From: Reclinomonas americana ATCC 50394
Taxonomy: Eukaryota
Assembly (NCBI GenBank): GCA_048213135.1
Contig: PS015019.1
Coordinates: 75,802 to 109,480 of the forward strand
Length of the DNA stretch: 33,679 bases
Direction: 5' to 3'
The position numbers were made by a program, and so were the translations under genes. Shown piece after piece: positions 26,801 through 33,679 of the stretch. The notes under the pieces are model-generated. The model was given only the letters and a program-made list of their open reading frames with translations, was not told the origin of the DNA and made no database searches. Every line of letters starts with the position of its first letter. Position 1 is the first letter of the stretch.

Positions 26801-29508
26801 GGCCACGGCTGTTGGTGACACGCGAGTGGCCGAGGCGCTGGCGCGACAGCAGCGCGAGTTGTCTGTTGCGTGCATCGATTTTCCCCCTGCAGTCTCCTCG
26901 GTGCATAGCATGACGGTCTCTTTCTGCTCGTCTCGCAGGCGGCGCACCAGCAAGAATGCGACGTGCTTCGCAAGCGCATCTATGAGGTGGAGAAGCAGCT
27001 GGAGGACTCGAAACGCACTGCACGGCGCCAAGTGGCAGAGTTGCGCGCTCTCCTTCTTACAACACGCTTGCATCTCGTTTGTTGCTCATGTCATTCACGC
27101 AGAGGAGGGCAACTGAGCATGGTGGCGCCGTCGCCCGAGCAGCTGGCGCACATTGAGCAGGAGATTCGCGAGCAGGAGCGCCTCATCGAGGGCTACCAGA
27201 AGGAGAACGAGCGCCTGGTCGACAAACTGCGTGCTGCCGAGGAGTCGAACAAGGAAGTCCAGGAGCGACTGTTCCAGGAGAGTCTGCGCTTCGAGCGGCG
27301 TCTGCAGGAAGTGGAGCGTGCCAAGCCCACGCTGACCGAGGAGCACGTGCGGCTGCAGACGCGCGCCACCGACCTGCAGACGCAGTTGGACCGTGCCGTT
27401 GGCACGGCCGCCGAGCGTGAGCAGGAGCTCAAGTTTGAGATTGATCGCCTGCGCAAGGCCAAGCGCGATCTGGAGCTGCGAGTCAACGGTCTCTCCGAGG
27501 CGCAGATCGATCGTGACTCGGAGGAGGTGCAGCAATTGCGACGGGCGCTGGCTGAGGCAGAGCGTGTGCACGAACAGGAGGCGGCAGATCTGCGACGCAA
27601 GCTCAACTGGTACGTGCGCAATCAGGAGCTGCTCGACCAAAACGATGCCGTGGTGCGACAGCAGCAGGATCGCATTGCCGAACTGGAGCAGCAAGTGGCG
27701 GAGTTGAAGCGCACTCAGCCGCGCACCGGCGCGCAGGCGCATGGCAGTGCGGCGAAGAAGGTACAGCAACTGGAGGCTGAGGTGCAGCAGCTGCGACAGG
27801 CGCTGCGTGAGAAGCACCCGAATTCCGTGCCGGCCATGCTGCTGGCCATGAAGAGTCAGGAGGGTGCCGTCGATCCGCGGGTGCGCGTGCTGGAGACGCG
27901 AGTGCGTGAGCTGGAGCGCGAGTGTGCCGACAAGGATTCGGAAGTCGAACGGCGCACGGGGGTGTTGCGACAGGAATTCGATCGGATGAAGGCGTTGTAC
28001 GAGGATCGCATCAAGGCACTCGAGTCGGGCGATTCGCGAAAGAAGGTGAGCGAGCAGAGTGGATTGAGTCATGGTTTGTTTTGCTTACAAAGAATTGTTA
28101 TTGCAAGGTGGGAGGTGGAGTGGGTGGTGGAGGCCGTGGTGGTGGCGTGCATGCCAGCCGCGGTGGTGCCGCGGCACGCGGCCGAGGTGGCAAGTTGGCA
28201 CGACCGGCCAGTGCTGGGGCGATTCCAGAGGCCACGAGCGTGGCGCCAGTGCTGGAAAATGGTGTGGCGATCGGCGATACAATGTGGTGTGCTTCATATT
28301 GCTTGCTTACACTCATGCACAGCGCCAGCGCCACCTCTCGTGCCGCATGTGGCGTTCACCGAAGAGGGTGGCGAGTCCACAGCTCAGCAGCAGCAGCAGC
28401 AGCGTGTGTCGGAGTTGCAGCACGGTGCGTGTGTTTCTCCTCGACCAGCAAAGCTTGCGACGAAACTCACTGTCTCCACTCGGTCGCAGAGTTGGACCAA
28501 AAGAACTACGAGATCCACGCACTGCACACACAACTTGCCGAGCAGGCCGCTCGACTCATGTCGGTCGGCGCACAGCCAGCTGCACCGGCTGTGAGCAGTG
28601 CCGCCACCGACGAGGATGTGGCGTACTGGCGACGGTCTGTTGTGCCGAGTGGATTTCGTGACCTGCAGTTGAGAAACTCAACAGCATTCGTGCTGGCTGA
28701 CAGGGAGTGCGATCGTCTGCGAGAAGAGCTGGAGCACAAACAGCGCACACTGCAGCGACAGGAGCAGGAGACAAAAGTCGCTGTGCAGGCGGCAGTGGCG
28801 CAGCTGCAGGCCGAGGCACGTGCGGGCATGTCGGAGGCCGCCAACAAGTACGGCAGCGAGATTGAGGAGCTGCGACAGGAGCTCAGCAAGTTGATGCCGT
28901 TGAGGTGATGAGATGGGGAGAGAGAGAGAGAGAGACGAGTCGAACATGGTGTTTGCTCACATGACTGGTACGCAGGCGACTCTCGGAGATGACTGACGAT
29001 CCAGGTGAGCAGGCTGCTGCTGTTGTATTCATTCTGATTTCCTACTCACTACGTACGTACCGACAGCCAAAGCCACTGTGTGGTTCTTGAAGGAGCTCAA
29101 GTTCTTTGCGGAGAAGCTGGAGGACATGGAGCGGGAGCATGTACGGCGCGAGGATGAGATGAATCGGGGTGCGTTTGCTGTGGTGTTTACGCCCCCCTCA
29201 GGGCATCGAGTGTGCATGCTCACAACTATTTGGCACGCACGCAGTGACCACGGAGGTGAGGCGCATTGCCGCCATGGAGCTGTCTGTAAAGCAGCAGCGA
29301 TTTGAGATGGAGCTGCGACAAAAGGATGTGGAGATTGATAGGTGCGTCGTGCTCACGCTCTCAACCGCCGGTACTTGCACAGCGAAAACTCACCTGCGCC
29401 GAGCGACACAGATTCAAAATCGAGCTGGATAATATTCTCACCACTTTACTGGAGCTGAAGAAGCAGGGTGTGCGGATACCACATCGCCTGCTGACCACTG
29501 GATCATGA
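20838..29508 (+). CDS. CEP162: Centrosomal protein of 162 kDa (QN1/KIAA1009) homolog, multi-exon, interrupted by two N-gaps; 5' exons less certain
   Basis: C-terminal coiled coils carry CEP162-like blocks: EQERLIEGYQKENERL, RKLNWYVRNQELLD, AKKVQQLEAEV..LREKHPNSVPAMLLA, and the terminal KDVEIDR|FKIELDNILTTLLELKKQGVRIP. Linking the low-complexity 5' exons (from ATG 20838) to the same gene is inference. Confidence 0.85.
21100..21700. repeat. Degenerate pyrimidine-rich repeat array in a CEP162 intron
   Basis: Recurrent ctgccatggatctc/ctgtcgtggatctc-like core at about 21248, 21392, 21455, 21559 and 21631; gtgatgctcagtatcctttgcttcttcttccctgtc (about 21414) vs gtgacgctcactgccctttgctttttcttccctgtc (about 21519). 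Confidence 0.65.
23395..24490. repeat. (CTTCCCCTCATC)-like 12 bp satellite flanking gap 23510-24432
   Basis: Same unit on both sides of the gap. Confidence 0.8.
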
Positions 29509-29675
29509 GTGAATAGGATAATGGAATCACCACTTCCGCACACACACACACACACGCTCGGGAGGGTTGCCCTCCCAAGTTCCACATGTGCGAGATCGCT
29601 GCTGCGCACATCTCGTCTGACTTGCCGTCAAAGATGAAAGTTCCATCGCTGTCACGCGCGTTGTGGTATCATCCA

Positions 29676-30651
29676 TCAATCGTCTCGCGACTGCTCCTTG
29701 CAGCGAATCTCACGCGCTCCGCCCTTCAGTTCCTCCACCAGACGCGCAAAGGCCTCTTGCACACCAGCTCTGCGCGACGCCTCTCCGGTGAGCATTCTCA
29801 TCACCATGCGAGGAACGCACGCAGTCTGCCACGCTACGCACCCCGTCCGACCGCACACACACTCAAAGCTGACGCGCACCGGCAATCGTCGCAACTCCGC
29901 CACCTCGTCGCGTACAGCATCGAGTGGAGGCTCGCCTTCCTCCTGATCGTGCTCGTCGGCCCAACGATTGCACAACACCAACAAGTGCGCATTGACGAGA
30001 GACGGCGCAGCTGCGAAAACACTCATCAGCCACCACATGGAGTGCACACACACGTCACTTGTCCACCCCACGCACCCGCCAGCGAGCGCAGCTCCATCAA
30101 CGTATCGCGCCACCGTTCTTCCGAGACCACATCGCGCGCCCCAACCACAAAGACAACTGCGTGCACTTCATCGCAGTACTCGCGCCACAGACGACGCAGA
30201 CCGCCTGGAGGGCAAACACTGAGTGATAAGCAAGGAGCAACAAGGGCACGTCAGCGGCACGCAAGACGCAACCGGCACCGCCCAGGTCCCACACAAGCAG
30301 CTCACAGCCGCCCACCAGCACCTTGCGCACTGAACCACGTGTCAGGAAACCGACAACAGCAGGAGCAGCAGCAGCAGCAGGAGACACACCATTGAGTCCA
30401 ACAGTTGGTGCAATCCGCGCTCGTCGAGCTCCACTTGCCACGAGGTTCTTCTCCAGCAAGGTCTTTTGATTGTAAATTGAGAAATAAAGTGAACGAAAAT
30501 GCAGTGCAATGCACGACTGCTCACCGTCTTGCCCACACCGTCCATGCCAACCAGCAGCACAGTGAATGAGGGAGAGGAGAACAGCGCGTCCCACACGCTG
30601 GCAACAAGGCCAAACTGAGAGAGAGAGAGGGAGTGTGTGTGTGTGTGAGTG

Positions 30652-30735
<84 letters not shown>

Positions 30736-30753
30736 GTTGCGACGTACTTACCA
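29676..30753 (-). CDS. ARFRP1: Divergent ARF-related protein 1 (ARFRP1/Arl3p-like) small GTPase; A of the ATG lost in gap 30754-30779
   Basis: (M)|FGLVASVWDALFSSPSFTVLLVGMDGVGKT|TLLE...IAPTVGLN|VRKVLVGGCELLVWDLGGA|GGLRRLWREYCDEVHAVVFVV...LLVLCNRWAD...CGRTG|AGVQEAF. TVGLN, WDLGG and the aromatic residue 2 match the ARFRP1 subfamily. Confidence 0.78.
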
Positions 30754-30833
30754 NNNNNNNNNNNNNNNNNNNNNNNNNNAGAAAGAAGGTGAGGAGGAGA
30801 GCGAGAGGAAGGGAGGCAAGATTGCGAACTCAC

Positions 30834-31086
30834 CAGCCGACTTGCCGTCCGACACCAAGTTTTGCGCATTCACACCACAGCCGAGGGCGACGAGCAGGAA
30901 AGTGCCGAAAGTCTCGGCCAAAAACGCACGCCACGATGGCACCTTGTACTCGGCGCGACGCATAGCCTGGCGCGCCGTCGTGGCGCCACCGGCCGGCGAC
31001 GGTCCATCGGAGGCCACCTCCGGCTCAGTCAGGCTCGGATCGTAAGGAACATTGTTCACTGAGGAGTCAGTCGCTGTGCGTGACAT
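30834..31086 (-). CDS. Aquaglyceroporin exon 1 (N-terminus and TM1)
   Basis: MSRTATD...WRAFLAETFGTFLLVALGCGVNAQ (MIP AEFxGT-like motif), ending at a phase-1 gtgagt donor. Confidence 0.9.
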
Positions 31087-31938
31087 TTTGTGGAATACAA
31101 GAGCTGCGGAACAGGGAGAGAGAGAGGGAGGGGGGGGGAGAGGGCACGTCATGAACACACGCACGTCGATAGTTTTGGGTTTCATAATACGATACCGGCG
31201 CGCAACACACACGCGCACTTGGACGAGACACAGTGACCAAGAAGGAGGACGGTGACACACACAGCATGCACACACACGGGAGACGCAGCGCAACACACGC
31301 AGCGAGCGAGCGAGAACACACACCAAAAGAGTTCAAACTTCTCAAACACAAAATGCACACACAGCAGGCTCACACAGACGCACAATCGCCAACAGCACAC
31401 GCTCTCCACAGACACGTACGCGCTCATAACACAGGCACGCACACGCACACACGAAAGATGCAACATCACTTTACGTCCATCTATCGCACACCAGCTTGAG
31501 AGAGAGAGAGAGAAAGAGCACTGTCAATCGCGCGCGCACACACTCACTCACAGACACACACACACACACACACGCACACACACGCAGAGTATGAGTTGAA
31601 CACTTACAATTTGCCGACACTCACTCTCTCAGATGCGCACAACAAACAAACAAACAACCCAATTCCACGTCACTCACACAAAGACACTCTCCCACTCACA
31701 CAGGCACCCACACAGAGAGAGAGAGAGAGAGAAAGCACGCGAGTGTGTGTGTGCGTGCAAGCACGTGTGACGCAGTGCATCAGATGCATGCAAAATGCAC
31801 TTTTTTCTCTTTTCCACACACACACACTCGCTCTCTGCGTGACTCACCGCGATCAACAACAACAACACAACACGCACACACAAACGAGTGGAAAAAGTAA
31901 GGAGGGTTGCGCAGCTGCGATTTGGGTAACCCGCAGTC

Positions 31939-31953
31939 ATGGTAAGTCGTGCA

Positions 31954-32027
<74 letters not shown>

Positions 32028-32055
32028 CTCACACACACTACACACACACACACAC
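31939..32055 (+). other. ATG plus donor and (CA)n(CT)n intron start; inverted near-copy of the ARFRP1 first intron
   Basis: atggtaagtcgtgcaacgcacacac vs the reverse complement ending at 30753, tggtaagtacgtcgcaacgacacac, followed by the same CA/CT/CA block order. Confidence 0.8.
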
Positions 32056-32075
32056 NNNNNNNNNNNNNNNNNNNN

Positions 32076-32110
<35 letters not shown>

Positions 32111-32153
32111 CACAGCACGAAGGCAAGAGAGACACAACAAGCTGCGCTCTTAC

Positions 32154-32736
32154 CCTCATCCACCACCGCGGATCCCGTCGCTTCATCACCATGGCCGCAC
32201 TGGACAACGAACCACCCACGCCTCCCTCTCCACCATCACCACCGCCACCTCCTCCACCTCCACTACCATTATCCCCACTGTTTCCACCACTGCCACTGCC
32301 ACCACCACCACCACGCTCCAGGGGAATAAGATCACTGGACACTGCGTGATCGTCGCCAGTGACATCGTCGTCGTCGAGTGCGTGACCACTGTGAATGGCA
32401 CCTCCGCCACTGATCACTCGCGGTGGAGAGGCGGATGAGGAGCCGAGAAGACTGAAGCTGTCCATAGTGCATGCACGAGTGAGTGAGTGAGTGAGAGAGA
32501 AGAGTGTTTTGTGCGAGGCTGTGTTCGGTAATGAGGCGTTTTCGCGCGTCTGCACTGCGTCCGCTCTCTTTCTCTCTGCTGTTGTGTGTGCGTGTGTGCG
32601 TGTGTGTGTCGCACCTGCCCGGTCGCCTGTCTTGTAGGGACTGGTGCACTCGTGACATTGCGCCCATTTCAATGTCGGTTGGCGATGCGCCTGTGGCTGC
32701 TGCTGCTGCGGCGGCGGAGTCTGCTGCACGACGCAT
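32154..32736 (-). CDS. First two exons of a hypothetical protein with a low-complexity Ala/Gly-rich N-terminus, cut by gap 32056-32075
   Basis: Exons 32615-32736 and 32154-32457 join in phase (..RRPGS|FSLLG..GGGGGSGSGG..MKRRDPRWWMR), then a gtaaga donor. Confidence 0.6.
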
Positions 32737-32983
32737 CTACTCTCTTCTTTGCTCTGCCTCTCCGGGGGTCACTCCGACCGACAACGCGCTTTTCATTTGA
32801 CGAAATGGACGTCTGCATGCAATGCACACACACGCGCACACACAATGTAGACTCACGATGTGCACACACACACGCAGAGAGAGAATGAGAGAGAGGAAAG
32901 AGAGGAACACAGAGCAAAGAAAACGCGAGAGAGGTTTAAAATAAAGAGGAAAAACACCAGAGAACAAAAAAAGGAGAGGTGGA

Positions 32984-33666
32984 TTAGACGCGCGTCGGCG
33001 CGGCCGAGACCACCTCGATCTTCTTCTCGTGGTGCCAGCCGATCATGGCTTCGTAGGTGAGGGAGCCGACAAAGCCGCCAATCATTGGCGCAATCACCGG
33101 CACCCACCACCAGTTGTTGCCGGCGGTGAAGACGTCGCCACCCCAGCCGGCAATGGCCGAGAAGAGGCGCGGCGAGAAGTCACGAGCCGGGTTCACCGGG
33201 AAACCGCAGTTGAAGCCGAAGGCGCAGGCGATGATGGTCAGCAGCGCGGCCACGTGCACCGGAGCAGAGTCGTCACGCAGACCGGCGTTACGGCGATCGG
33301 AAATGGCAAACACGCCGCCAGTCAGCAGCGCCGTGCCAATGACCTGATCAAAGAAGCCAGTCACGAGGCCGATCGAGGGGTGCGGGAACGAGGCGAAGAT
33401 GCCTGCCGAGGCGACCGTGCGACCACCATTGTTGTTCTCCCAGTCGCCAATGGCGTCAGCGTACACTCCGTAGACGGCTGCGGCACCAATGAACGCGCCG
33501 AGGAACTGTGCGCCCACGTAGACGGGCACACGTCGCCAGGTGGTACGACGATGCAGCGCAAAGGTGACGGTGACAGCGGGGTTCAAGTGGGCTCCAGAGA
33601 CACCAGCACAGGCGACCATACCCGTCATGACAGCGAGACCCCAACCAATGTGCACGTCGATCGAAC
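32984..33666 (-). CDS. Aquaglyceroporin (GlpF/AQP3-like MIP channel) exon 2, TM2 to stop
   Basis: GVSGAHLNPAVT and GFPVNPARDFSPRLF (the Asp after the second NPA is the aquaglyceroporin signature), AGIFASFP, WWWVPVIAPMIGG; acceptor gcggccag at 33667. Confidence 0.96.
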
Positions 33667-33679
33667 CTGGCCGCAAAAT

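Noticed and set aside
27095..28072. 325-aa antisense ORF inside CEP162
   Set aside because: Shadow ORF expected from high-GC3 coiled-coil codons; no recognisable features.

Overview
GC-rich, intron-dense eukaryotic genomic scaffold, probably from a flagellated protist (CEP162 present). It has mostly short (about 50-90 nt) GT-AG introns, microsatellite-expanded long introns and nine N-gaps. Manual splicing gives, in order: a myotubularin phosphatase with an intact active site and a coiled-coil tail (-), a non-RD Ser/Thr kinase (-), gene fragments around the gaps at 12.2-13.3 kb, a mitochondrial short/branched-chain acyl-CoA dehydrogenase (-), a candidate ubiquitin-like-fold protein (-), an unknown protein (-), CEP162 (+), a divergent ARFRP1-like GTPase (-), and an aquaglyceroporin whose two exons lie in the wrong order. 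The scrambled aquaporin and the missing ARFRP1 start codon are best explained together by two contigs inverted in the assembly. I found no prokaryote-type system (CRISPR, IS, operon) and no clearly novel system. The best leads are the degenerate ARFRP1, the Ubl protein, a candidate structured RNA at about 11.0-11.2 kb and a shared ATCGATATCG upstream palindrome. Exon boundaries were read by eye and are unvalidated.
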